In this document: piece by piece, positions 50,401 through 63,656 of the stretch | Numbering within the stretch: position 1 is the stretch's first letter | Layout of the letters: each line of letters opens with the position of its first letter | Source of the DNA: Raja brachyura | Lineage: Eukaryota | Assembly: GCA_963514005.1 (NCBI GenBank) | Contig: OY740783.1 | Span: forward strand, 44,764,001-44,828,000 | Direction: 5' to 3' | Length of the DNA: 64,000 nucleotides | The notes under the pieces: model-generated | Databases searched by the model: none | What the model was told of the DNA's origin: nothing | Seen by the model: the letters and a program-made list of their open reading frames with translations, nothing else | Program-made: the position numbers and the translations under genes

Positions 50401-51977
50401 TAGTGCATTCAGAAAGTATTCAGACCCCTTCACTATTTCCACATTTTGTTACGTTACAACCTTATTCTAAAATTGATTAAATTTCTTTTTTTAATCATCA
50501 ATCTACACACAATACCTCATAATATAAAAGCAAAAACAGTGTTTAGAAATGTTTGCAAAGTAATTAAAAAGAGATAACTGAAATATCACATTCACATTAT
50601 TAAAGTGAGCTTCGGTGCATCCTGTTTCCATTGATTATCCTTGAGATGTTTCTACAACTTGATTGGAGTCCACAAGTCGTAAATTAAATTGATTGTACAT
50701 GATTTGGAAACACACCCACATGTCTATATAAAGTCCCACAGTTGACAGTGCATGTCAGATCAAAAACTAAGCCACGAAGACAAAGGAATTGTCCGTAGAC
50801 CTCCGAGACAGGTTTGTTGTGAGACACAGCTCTGGGAAAGGGTATAAAACAATTTCTGCAGCATTGTAGGTCCAGAAGAGCACAGTGGCCTCTGTCATTC
50901 TTAAATGGAAGAACTTTGAAACCACCAGAACTCCTCATAGAGCTGGCTGCCTGGCCAAACTGAGCAATCGGGGGAGAAGGACCTTGGTCAGGGAGTTGAC
51001 CAAAACCCCGATGGTCATTCTGACAGAGCTCCAGAGTTCCTTTGTAGAGATGGGAGAAACTTCCAGAAGGACATCTACCAGAAGTATATCTGCAACACTC
51101 CACCAATCAGGCCTTTATGGTAAAGTGGCCAGACGGAAGCTAATCATCAGTAAAAGGCACATGACAGCCTGCTTGGAGTTTGCCAAAAGGCACATAAACA
51201 AGATTCTCTGGTCTGATGAAACAAAGATTGAACTCTTTGGCCTGAATGCCAAGTGTCACGTCTGGAGGAAACCAGGCACCGCTCATCACCTGGCCAATAC
51301 CATACCTACGGTGAAGCATGGAGGTGGCAGCATCATGCTGTGGGGATGTTTTTCAGCGGCAGGAACTGGGAGACTAGTCAGGATTGAGGGAAAGATGAAC
51401 GAAGCAAATTGCAGAGAGATCCTTGATGAAAACCTGCTCCAGAGCATTCACACTTCAGGCAGAGGTTCACCTTCCAACAGGGCAACGACCTATAGCACAC
51501 AGCCAAACCAACACAGGAGTGGCTTTGTGACAAGTCTGTGAATGTTTTTGAGTGGCCCAGCCAGAGCCCGGACTTGAACCCGATCATATATCACTGGAGG
51601 GACCTGAAAATAGCTGTGCATCGACGCTCCCCATCCAACCTGACAGAGCTTGAGGATCTGCAGGGAAGAATGGGAGAAATGACCCAAATACAGGTGTGCC
51701 AAGCTTGGGTAGCATCATACCCAAGAAGACTTGAGGCTGTAATCGTTGCCAGAGGTGCCTCAACAAGTACTGTGAAGGATCTGAATACTTATGTAAATGT
51801 GTTATTTCAGTTATTTATTTTTAATTACTTTGCAAACATTTCTAAACACCTGTTTCACTTTTTTATTATGGGATATTGTGTATAGATTGATGATAAAAAA
51901 AAAGAATTTTATCCATTTTAGAATAAGGCTGTAACGTGGAAAAAGTGAAGGGGTCTGAATACTATCTGAATGCACTG
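50401..51977 (+). mobile_element. Tc1-family DNA transposon B, near full length, inactivated transposase
   Basis: TA-flanked long TIRs (tagtgcattcagaaagtattcagacccc / ggggtctgaatactatctgaatgcactg); start ACG at 50774; [31 protein letters not shown] (D>G), WPSQSPDLNPIIYHW (E>I); stops and frameshifts. Confidence 0.95.
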
Positions 51978-52009
51978 TAAGTGGACAGCAAGCACTGATT
52001 TCTTACATC

Positions 52010-52410
52010 AAACATAGAAACATAGAAAATAGGTGCAGGAGGAGGCCATTTGGCCCGTCGAGCCAGCACCGCCATTCAATATAATCATGGCTGATCATCG
52101 TAAATCATTACCCTGTTCCTGCTTTCTCTCCATACCCCTTGATTCTGTTAGCCCAAGAACTACATCTAACTCTCTCTTGAAAACATCCAATGAATTGGCC
52201 TCCACTACCACCTGTGGCAGAGAATTCGATAGATTCCACTGGGTGAAAACTATTTTCCTCATCTCAGTCCTAAATGGCCTACCCCTTATTGTTAAAATGT
52301 GAACCCTGGTTCTGCTTCCCCCAACATCGGGAACAATTTCCTGTATCTCGCTTGTCCAATCCCTTAAGTATTATATATGTTTCTTTGAGATTCCCTCATC
52401 CTAAATTCCA
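52010..52410 (-). mobile_element. CR1/HER1-like 3' fragment
   Basis: (aacatagaa)n tail and body closely similar to 35455-35885 and 63657-64000. Confidence 0.8.
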
Positions 52411-53945
52411 GTGAATTTTGAGAGAGCACACACACTCAGTCTGTATTTCTGTGCCTATTTACCAATTAATTCAAGAGCATTTCTCAGTTCCTGCTGTGTA
52501 TACCTGGTAAACAAGGAAACTGAAATAAACACTTTCAAATTAGAAAGATATTCGTTGTCCTGTTCCTTTCTCAAAAGCATCCTTGACTTTAATTACATCA
52601 CTGTGATGCTTGACCCTCTTCATATATTTCTCAGGCATATCTAATTTTCTTAAACTTTACATTCTGTTTAAAATTTCCATGTGCAGCTCAGCGTCATTTT
52701 TTGTCTGATAGGTCTCTGAAACACCTGTGATATTTACTACAATGGAGATAATTGTCTACAAATTCTAGAGTCTAAGATGCAAGTGACCATGCTTTGTATA
52801 TGTTTATAATCAGCAATGTGCAACTCTACTTCTTTTCACAACCAGGATCTGTTGGGATGTTGGTCAATGGGCATAGTCCAATCAGTCCATAAGCCAGCTT
52901 TGCTGGAGAGCTCAGGGGAAGCAAAACATAGATCATTTCTGGCCATGTGACCATGTGTACTGATGGATTATGGAAAAATAATCACTGTTGGGGATTTACA
53001 TTGGAGGTGGATCAAGGGTAGCAGACTGAATTGGAAATTGGGATGGGGGTGAGGACCGAGTGTACAGGGATGGGTTTGGAGGGTACAGTGCAGATGGTGG
53101 GATTGGCAAGGATGAAGGCAAATTACTTATCTTGCAGGTTTTCCCTGCCTTGATGAGGACATGTTCTCCCAGGAGTAACAAACAACAGGTGAACCTAACA
53201 TAGAATAGCACAACTTCCCACCTCATGCTCCAAAAAGATGTGCTTAAAAGAAAATGACAGCATCCCAAGCATCACATACGTGGAATGACATGAGGAGTGC
53301 AAGGAAGATTCATCGTAGTAATTCCCAGTGGAATTTCCAATGACATAAAATGACCTGGAAATGGTAATTATCAATGTTTACTCTGGGGGGGGGGGCGGGG
53401 GGTCAAATTTTCTCTAGATTCTTAAAGCAATGCTTTAAAAGACAATGTTAAACAATTTAATTTTCATACAATGGGTCTTCCTGCCCAATACTTGAAAAAG
53501 ATCTTGTTGCTTTGTGTGCAAATGTAAGAAGAACTTGATGACTGCAGATCATTATAAGGATCTAATTGTCAAGCACAAGCATTGTATGCTGCATCATGCT
53601 AGCTAACATGCTTTATATCCATCAAACCAATGTTACATGATGGATATCACACAACATCGCATTAGGCAATAATCAGGTAAACAATAAAGAAGGTTAAGGC
53701 AAGAAAGATTTTCAATACTTGCTACTTTTATCATTTACAGATTCTTAAGGTTCAATTTTCATTACTGACTTTAGGTTTGAGAAACATACCTGATAGCAAA
53801 CCATAACAGGGAGGTGAGATATTATCTTATTAATATGCTTTCAATTGTGACCAGGCTAGCAATACAAAACCATTTATGCTAGCATTCTTTACCATTGTGT
53901 AATAATCTGAATTAATCATTTGAAATATTTCCTATAAACTTATTA

Positions 53946-54423
53946 CAGGTCCTCCACCGATGTTCAGGCAACTGGTAGTCCACAACCTCCTTTAATGGAG
54001 ACAAAATTGTGAGAGTGTACCTGACATCCTCGCTGGAGGTTCCACTGAAAATGTGGTGCCTATGCCGGGAGATGTGGCCAATCTCGATCTTATCAATAAT
54101 TCCGCGCCAATTAGCGGGTTGAATTTGCCACCTGTGGCTGGGGTTCTATATCTCCAGCCTGGCCTGAGCCAGCAGATCCGTTCCCATAGCTTTCTTCCAC
54201 GGCCGATGGGCAGCTCAAATTTGCTGCCTGTGGCCGGGGCCCTGGAACTCCAGCCCGGTCGGAGCCAGAAAATCCGTTCTCATAACCAACATCCATGACC
54301 AATTTTGCCGATGGTATCTTGCCCCCCCCCGCCCCCAAGGCCATGACTTCTGTTGTTCCAGCAAAACAGATAATACAGCATGGCTCTGGAACCAAGGGTG
54401 CCGGAGAATCCGTGGTGGACCTG
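53946..54423. mobile_element. Tc1/mariner (Tigger/pogo-like) MITE
   Basis: TA-flanked TIRs caggtcctccaccgat / atccgtggtggacctg; internal tandem duplication at ~54122-54190 and ~54218-54287. Confidence 0.78.
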
Positions 54424-56644
54424 TAGCAGTAATGTCCTTATGTTGAACAATGCAATATTCTTTGCCAGCACATCCAAGGCTTGGCTGGATGATAATCAAA
54501 CTATAAAATTGATCTGTTTGATCAATTTCAAAACATATTTGTTTTAGCGCTAAGATTTTACAAGCTCAAAATTCCTGTTAATACTGATGAACTTTCAAAA
54601 ATGGCCTATTATACCACATATTGTAAACTGCTCAGTTTAGTTTAGTCTAGAGATACAGCGTGGATGTTTGTATGTTCTCCCTGTTTCTCCTTGGTGTATA
54701 GGATAGAACTAGAGTACTAGCAATCGCTGGTTAGCGTGGACACGGCGCGCTGAAGGGCCTGTTTCCACACTGTATCTCTAAACTAAACTGTTATTTGGGA
54801 GACTTCTTCATTCAAAAACTTGATCATAAACTAATTCTATTTTACATGTATCATTACAGATTTTCATATCTTTCTTTTACTATCATATGCAATGGTTTAT
54901 ACATTATTTGCTTTCCTCAAACGACACTTGATGGATCCTCAGGCCATTTTAATACAATTCATTACATGAGTACAAGAATATATTAAAAAAATTAAGAGAA
55001 AATCTAGAGTTCTGGTTCTGAAATTACATTACAATAGTTTAAAAAAACAATTAACAACAATTTAATCACATGATGGTACCCTTTTTCTTGTACAATTGAC
55101 CGATGGTTTTCATTAGCCAATCATTAAATGTGTTCAACGGTTTAACTTGTAAACACTGAACTTTGTAATTTAGCTTCCTTCTCCAGAAGCAAAATGTGAC
55201 ATTCAGTAGCATGTAATACATATTTAAATGCCAGTTCTGTGGAATTTCATGGATCATAACTATGATCTTCCACCACTAAGCAGCCAAAGGCAATCCCCAA
55301 TCTACTGAGCCTTTGTCCTCATGTGCAACAGAGTATTGAAATGGCAGGCCCCTGCACAAGTGTTGGCACATTCTGGACTGTACTTCTAACATGCCTTGCA
55401 ATGGCTTGTAAACTTTCGGCATCCATTATTTTCACCACGCATTATCTCAAATGTTGTCATGTTTATGACAAATTTCGGCTTATTAAAAATTTCTGGATTC
55501 ATTAGTTTCACCTCACATTGTCCCAGATTTCTTCATGTTTACGACATATTTTTGAGTTGACAATATCTGTAAGTTTCATAAGGCCATTGACATTTCTATT
55601 TCACCTCAGTGGGCATCCATTCTGCCCACATTTCTTGTAACCTTCCTCACAGTCTAGCGGATGCTGCAAGAAGCAACCTCCCAGTTGTTCAAATCTTGCA
55701 TGTTTGAGCAAGATGTGAACCACTAGAATTTCCCTTTAATGAGCAGGAAGCAAGACGGAGCAATTAAAAAAGGCCATACCTTTTTTTCTGATGCCGTCCT
55801 AATTGCTTTCTAAGAAGAGAAGTTGCTCTTAAAGTTCAGGTTTCTGGTGCAGGTCTTCTGAGCTGAGCTTCATGGCCTGTCAATCCACAAGACCTCCTAC
55901 CTACACCCATATCCTGATCCCAACTGAGCACCTTACATTACTCATTCCTTTTACATGATCTTAGGGAGTCCCATCAGAAACAAACTGTAGTTTGCCCAAA
56001 ACCTGATGCCTACACTCCTATCCTGCAAAATCGTGACTGAAAATCATATCTACACCTATCAATCACCCAAATTCAAAATCCTCTCCCTCATTCACAAATC
56101 AATCCATTATGTTATGAAACGTGCCCTTAACATTTTTCTGTCCTCTGTAGCTTGGCCTATTGTGGGTCTTCATCCCTCCCAATTCTACCTCTTTTGGCAC
56201 AACCTTCAGTCATATCAGCCTTCCACCATTTTCACCCAAAACCCATCTCCACCTTTAATACTTTCATTCAACTTTGCTTATTGCCATCTCTTTCCTGTTC
56301 TTCAATGGTCTCCCTCTTGAATTAAAAATCTTCAGATTGCAGTTTTAATAATATATAATTACAAGTTGTTGGTAGATACTCAACCACCACATTGACAGCA
56401 AACAGAAGAGACCCTTACAACTTGTTTCTCTCCACATTTGTATCTGATTTTAACTTTTCCCTTCAGATGTCTGAACACCAAAAGGCACAATCATTCATAA
56501 ATTATTTCAGATTATCATTCACTTGTTAATTTATCCCATCCAGCCTCACTAGTTCATCCACTTGGTTTAGCAACATCTCTTTTTATGTATCCACTGATCC
56601 TACATGATTTCTGGCATTAACAAGTATGAATCTTCTTTGATCTA

Positions 56645-57305
56645 TAGAACATAGAACATAGGAAAACACAGTACAGGAATAGGCCATTCAGCCCACAATG
56701 TGTGTGCCGAACCTAATGCCAAAAGAAACAAATAGAGTCATAGTTAGCAGGCCCTTCACCCCAACTTGCGCATGCTGACCGACATGCTCAATCTACACTA
56801 GTCCCACCTGCCTTTGCTTTGCCCATATCCCTCTAAAACTCTCCTATCCATACCTGTCCAGAAGCCTCTTAAAGGTTATGATAGTACCTGCCTCAACTAG
56901 TTCCTCCAGCAGCTCATTCCATATATCCACCATATATTCTCAATTCCCCTACTCTGGGTAAAAGACTGCTTTTACCATATATTTTCCAATCATGACCTTG
57001 TACACCTCTATAAGATCATCCCTCATTATCCTGTGCTCCAAAGAATACAGTTCTAGCCTGCTCAACCTATCCCTGTAGCTCAGGCCCTCGAGACTTGACA
57101 CTATCCTCTTAAATCTTCTCTGCACCCTTTCCAGCTTGATAACATCTTTACTATAACATGGTAACTGAAGCTGAACATAATACTCTAAATGTGGCCTCAC
57201 CAATGTCTTATACAATTGCAACATGATCTCCCAACTTCTATACTCAATACTCCGACTGATGGCGGCCAAGGTGCGGAAAGCCTTTTTGACTACCCTATCT
57301 ACCTG
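56645..57305 (-). mobile_element. CR1/HER1-like RT 3' fragment
   Basis: ORF 56949-57269: SIEYRSWEIMLQLYKTLVRPHLEYYVQ...LERVQRRF...RDDLIEVYK. Confidence 0.88.
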
Positions 57306-60300
57306 TGATTAGGAAACTAAGCTCATCTGTCTACTCTCGTCTAATTAACTAGTAGTCTGGAGAAGTGTCCTGGCCTGAAATGTCACCTATCCATTCCCTC
57401 CACCGATGCTGCCGAGACCACTGAGTGAGTGCAGCACTTTACATTTTAAAATTTGTAGACTGAACCTATGGCTAAAGTATCGGAGAAGATGAACTCAGTG
57501 CTGGTTCTCTTCCAGTGCTTTACTTCTAACTTAAAATTCCTATCATAAATGTGATAAAGTAGGGTGTGAGGTACAAAAACACAGGGAAATACTGATAGCA
57601 GCTTGAGATACAATGAAGGAGGAAATTGTAATCTGCTGAAGGAACTAAGTGTCTGATGGTTGCATAAGAACAGCTGACACTGTAATAAGCTACACAACAG
57701 AGACAGAGGTTGTTGTCTAGACTTCACAGTTATGAATTACTCCCATTAACATTCCAATGTTATATGTTCTGCAGTGTGATTATGGGTATTAACTATCCTG
57801 TAAGTATGTGATGGAGTCTATTTCTCCTTCCCCCAGCTTCCCCCACCTACATTTCATATTAACACAGCCCTAGAGGCATTGCCTTGTGTGAAAGTATGTT
57901 TCCACAACAGCTACCAACCCTCATTATATAATCTAATTGGCAGTTCTTCATATTCAAGTGTGAACAGTGAAAGGTAAGTACAATTTAGCTACTAGGGCAT
58001 CACAACCAAATCTGATATTGTTCTAACAAATAGTTGTACATAGAGGTGTTTTCAAGTAGAAGAAAATAAATAATGACCAAGAACAAAATCTCTGATCAAG
58101 AGACACACGAAGCAATTAAAGTTCCAGTACATTGATCAGCCAATAGAATAAGTCAACTTTAAAGTTGGGACCTACCTCTTCTGTTTGGTTCAGTTCCCAT
58201 TTAGCAGCAGATCCTTCAATAATGTGGCTCTAAATAAGTACCCAGGAATGTTGAAAATCCAACAGCGTTAAGTGTATTATTACAAGCTCCTACAAGTAGC
58301 AAGCAGAATACTTCTTCCACTGAATCACTCTTCACAGTAAGACGAGGATTCATTTTTGGTAAAGTTCAAATGAGCACTGAAGGTTAGGTTTTTACACCAA
58401 TTTTGCATTATATAATCCAGCCACTGTTTAAATACAAACAGACAACACTAAAGCTTTTTCTCACAACATAAGCAAGCAGTGTACCGATCTGTTATCAAAC
58501 ACAGTATTCAAATGCTGCAGGAAAAGAGAGCCAAACATGCAAGAGTTAATCCTCACAGGAACTATATCACCCGGACAATGCCTCCTTTGTCACAATCTTT
58601 TGGCTGGCCGAACTTGGTTTTCTCTATAGTGTGCTCTTATCTCAATCTTTTCAGCAAGTTCAAAGAATTTGAATGAAATTAAGTCAAAACAGATGACAGC
58701 TGCATGTAGGCATCTTTGGTAAGCATTAAAATGTTTTTAAGAAAGTGGATCTTTCAAAGAATTATAAAAGCAATCATTTTTAATTTGATCTCCCACACTT
58801 ATGAATGACAAATATTTTCATCTTCAGCAGCAAACAGAAAAAGTCTCAGTTCAATCTCCTTGTTAGAAAAGATAAGCTAGTAGAATTGGATGGGAAATCT
58901 GACAGGGTCTAATATTGTAAGTGGAGGGTAAAAGCTTTATCGTAAACTTGTCACACACATCAGCTTCATCCACAGTCAGCATTGCTCCACGGGTTAGCAC
59001 GACTTTGAAGCACAAATGAGTGTTTAAATTGAACCAAGCGTCTCATGACCTACACAACACTTTTAATAAATGCACCCTAAACAGGAAACTGTCCGTGATG
59101 ACATGATCTGTTAGATTGTCGTCTAATATCCCTGCTGAATTAGGAAGGCTCAGAAAGCCAATCAATTCTGTTTGTAACCTTTATTGCAAATGCTCTCCTG
59201 GGATCTCAATGGACACCTGTTAAGCTCAGTTTATGGCATTAACAAACAGGTTGAGGCAGACAGACTGCCACTAGAAAGCACGTGCCAAGATTCTTCCTGC
59301 TATATCACTGCTATAATAAATTACTTCCACTATTATGCATTTTTCCTTATTTCTCACAAATCAGCATCAGGCTCCCACAAGTATTGGGTATTTGAAAAAG
59401 CACATTGGTTTCCAACATGTGAATGTAAAAGCAATGCTAGGAATCAATGCTCACTAATTCCCTCATCTCAACTGCCGTTTGAAATGGCAATCATCATGAG
59501 GGCGAAGTATCCTAATGCACCAGATCTTCAAAGAGAGGTTAGCTCTTTTGTTAACCCCTCAGCCCTGCGTGATTAACAATAGACAGCCTTTCTATACACA
59601 AACTAGGCCAAGTTCAGGCACCAAACAGAAATCTTTCAGCAAATCCTCCAGCACTGAAACCAAAAGGGCTGTTTGTGCAAACAGTTCCTTTGTCTACTTT
59701 CTTTCCAACAATGTTTTTAATCTGGTGGTCAAAATATCCACTAGGAATCATTACAATGCAAAAAATGAGACATTTACAACAACTGCCCATCTGTACAGGA
59801 GGATGCACCATGTGCTCATTTACCTTTACCTGAAAGATTTGTATCAATCAATATGCTTTTATCCTAAGCTTTACAAATGGTTTCAATAATTTGAAGCAAA
59901 TGAACGCAAAACAGAAAACAGCTCCACTGTGGCATCTCCAGAAATCATTAAGATGTTTTGTTTAGAAAGTGAATCAATGGAATCAAGGGATATGGGGAGA
60001 AAGCAGGAACAGGGTACTGACTGGATGATCAGCCATGATCATATTGAATGACGATGCTGGCTCGAAGGGCTGAATGGCCTACTCATGCACTTTGTTTCTA
60101 TTTTTCTATGAATTAAAAAAAACAATTTATAAATTGGGTTCTGGAACTTTTGAATGATGCCACCAGTAATGCAGATACTTTCCGCTTTAGCATTCTTCAG
60201 GGAGTTCACTGTGCTGGAAAATGTATAGAGGTGGGATTAAAGTGGAAATCTGACAGGCTCTAATGTTGTGTCTGGAGGGTAAAATTCCTTTCAGAAAATC

Positions 60301-60709
60301 TGTCACACTTGTCAGCATGTACAAAGAAGAAAGATAATGAAGTTTCTGACAATACCAAAATGAGAAATATGATCCAGAGAAGGGATGCAGGAATTCATAG
60401 ATATAGATAGATAATCATTGCTGAACAACTAGCAATAGTATGGTTTCAATGCCAGGATTGAGGGATCAAAAATAATCTAATGATAAAGAAGAGAAAGAAG
60501 GTAAAATATGTCACAAATATGGATTCTGAACTTTTATCGAAGATCACTGCATATATAATAAAGAAAAGCGTGTTGAATTTACAAAACTCATAAACTCAAT
60601 GTTCTGAACATTCAAATACAACAAATATATAAGCTTTATAGAAAGAATGTAAGAAGAATGTAAGAATAAACAGAAAAAGGTAAAATCCTGATGACTTGAA
60701 TATATATGT

Positions 60710-60935
60710 GGTGCAGAGGCCCAGATTCAATCCTGTCCTTGGGTGCTGTCTTTTTGGAGTTTACACATTTTCCCTGTGATTACGTGCTCTGGTTTCCTTC
60801 CACATCTCAAAAACGTGTGGGTTTGCAGATTAATTGGTCCTTAGTCGGGTAACATAGATATAGTGTGAACGGGTGATCGTTGATCTGTGTGGACTCGCTA
60901 GGCCAAAGAACATGTTTCCATGCTGCATTTTTCAT
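60710..60935 (+). mobile_element. HE1-like V-SINE remnant
   Basis: cccagattcaatcctgtccttgggtgctgtc...tgctctggtttccttccacatctcaaaaacgtg. Confidence 0.7.
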
Positions 60936-61365
60936 TCAATCACCAGCAACTGACCCGCCAAAGCCCTCTTTGAGAAAGAAAACAAATGATTCACCACTTT
61001 ATGGGTGGACTATGTTCTGTTCATCTCAGTCCTCATTGGGCAACCTTTTGTTTTGAAATTGCAAAGCCTCTTTCTAGTCACCTGATAGAGTGGAAACATC
61101 ATCGCTGTATCTACCCTGTCAAATTCCAAAAAAATTCTATGTGTTTCAATGAGATCACCTCTCGTTCTTCTAAACTCAACAGAGTCCAGGCCCAGACTTG
61201 AAGGCCAAATTTGTAGACCAAATTTCACATAAATCTGGGAAACCTTTGTTGCATTCATTCTACCGCAAGTATATCTTCATTTTGATGAGAATACCAATGC
61301 ATAATATTTCAGAATTGACAAAAATGCTGGAGAAACTCAGTGGATGACGCAGCATCTATGGAACA

Positions 61366-61730
61366 AGATTAGATTAGATTAGATTTTATTATTTGTCATT
61401 CGAACCTCAGAGAGGCTCAAACAAAACTCTGTTTCTACAGCCATACAAACAAAACAATTCCTACAAAACATACAAACAATTCAATTTACACAAACATCCA
61501 TCACAGTGAATCTCCTCCTCACTGTGATGGAAGGCAAAGTCTTCTCTCTCCCCCGCGCCATTTCTCCCCCGATGTCTAAGCCCCAGGCGGGCGATGTTAA
61601 GTCCCACGGCCATTGAGGCCGCGCCTGGCGATGTACGGCCCCGCTCTAGACCCAAAAGTCACAAAGTTGGAGCCCCCAGCGGGCGCTGGAATGTCCCGCA
61701 GCCATTGAAGCCGCGCCGGGCGATGTACCG
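61366..61730 (-). mobile_element. Short retroelement related to 5290-5602, nested between Penelope-derived pieces
   Basis: (agatt)n tail, tttgtcattcg, hairpin catcacagtga...tcactgtgatg, and GC-rich direct repeats gccattga(g/a)gccgcgcc. Confidence 0.6.
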
Positions 61731-63421
61731 CATTTTTGTCTACCTTCGATTTTCCAGCATCTGCAGTTCCTTCTTAAACATAATATTCCAGATGTGGTTC
61801 CGCAAAGGCTAAACATAAGATTGTAGTCAGCCCTATTGCTTATTGAGATTTGTAGATTCAAGGAATTCAAATGCTGGAATCTTGTGCAAAGCACTAAGTG
61901 CTAGAGTAACTTAATGGGTCAGGCAGCATTGTGGAGGACATGGATAGGTGATGTTTTAGATTGGGAACCTTCTTCAGACAGATGAAGTAAGGTCCAGACC
62001 TGAAAAGTTGCATCTCCATTCCATCTACAGATGCTGCTTGACTTGCTGAGTTACTCCAGCACATTGTAACTCAATGAATCAGGCAGCATCTCTGGTGAAC
62101 ATGGATAGGTGACTTTTCAGGTCAGTCCCAACCCACAAGGTCATATATCTGTTTTCCGGAGAGGTTGCCAAATATGCTAAGTACTCCAACACTGTGAGTC
62201 TTTTTTTGTAAACCATCATTTGCAGTTCCTTGTCTCTCCAGAACTATGTTTTATTTAGATTTGTACTTGTGCCTACTTTTAATAAAGGCCAGCATACAAT
62301 TTGCTTTTCTAATTGCTTGATGTACGTGCATGTTAACGTTCAGTTATCCAGATACATGGGCATCCAGGTCCCACTAACCAATTCCTTCCATGTTACACCA
62401 TTTACACCAATATTACATCAAATTAAGAAGTATTCGGTCTTTCTACATTTTATCTACAAAAGAGGATGTCCTCACATTTGCAATGTAATGTTCCATCTGC
62501 AATTCCTTTGACCATTCAGTTAACCTATCTACATTCTCTTACATTCAGTCTGCAATTTCCTCAAAGTTCACACTGTCAGCTAGCCTACCACTAAACTTGT
62601 ATATGTTACACAATGGTCACTCAATCCAAGATAGCAACAATTCATTAGAATGATATCAGGAATGAAACATTTTAGTTATCAACAAAACGTGTGAAGTTTG
62701 CTGGGAGAAAAATATTTAAAAACAGATTGGAAAAATTTGTAACAAGGTGGCATAGACGCCAATGAAAAATTAATAGAGAAGTGTGAATTAGACCACAGAA
62801 GGCTTTATCAAAACTAGGTGGGATTGTGATTAATGCGGAGAATGTAAAGAGACATCAAGAGGATATAAAGCAACAAATTCAGTAGTCAATAAAGTGGCAG
62901 TATAATGTGGAAAAATATGAAGAAATCCACTTTGATGCACAAGGCAGTAGCAGATTTTTTTTCATGGCAACTGAGTAAGAAATATTGGCACTCAAAGAGA
63001 ACAACATGTTCTAGAAAGATAGCAAACAGGTGCAGCAAGTACTGTAGTAAGGATGGCCAATGATATGTTCAATTTATTTCAAAAGAATTGGAGTACATGA
63101 ATAAAGCAGTCTACTTGCAATCACAGTGCAACCTCAATATAAGGTGCCTTATAGTATTACGATTTTAGACATATTGTGTATATCATAACGTCTCCCACAA
63201 TGGATACACTTTATGTCGATCAGCAAACTGCTATGTGGGGTACATTATGCTGTTGGTTTCTATAGCTTCATTAACTTTATTAGGTTGTATTAGATTTACA
63301 AAGGAATTTAACAATTATAAAGGGTTAAAAAACTGGCAAATTGTGGCAAATTGAGTCTAAACAATGCCAATGTGGAGTCATGAGAATTAGTGCCTCTGGG
63401 ACCTATATCCCAGAGAGCCAA

Positions 63422-63519
63422 GAGGAAGTCTGAAGAAGGGTCTCGACCCGAAACGTCGCCTATCTCCTTCGCTCCTTAGATGCTGCTGCACCCGCTGAGT
63501 TTCTCCAGCTTTTTGTGTA
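63422..63519 (+). mobile_element. Young Penelope-derived short element with hammerhead-like core
   Basis: Perfect 15-bp direct repeat atcccagagagccaa at 63407-63421 and 63520-63534; core at 63430-63457. Confidence 0.85.
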
Positions 63520-63656
63520 ATCCCAGAGAGCCAATGTTTGTAAGCCAATGGTCACTGTGTGTGGAAGTGCACTACTGTTAATGTCCACAGATTTGTCCCT
63601 GAGAAGAGTCAGTGTGTGTGCATCTGTTTCCTGCTCTGTATAATTATAGGGAATTT

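Noticed and set aside
50885-51541. 218-aa ORF as an active or domesticated transposase
   Set aside because: Start codon lost, upstream stop, frameshift before the second catalytic Asp, and both that Asp and the Glu are substituted.
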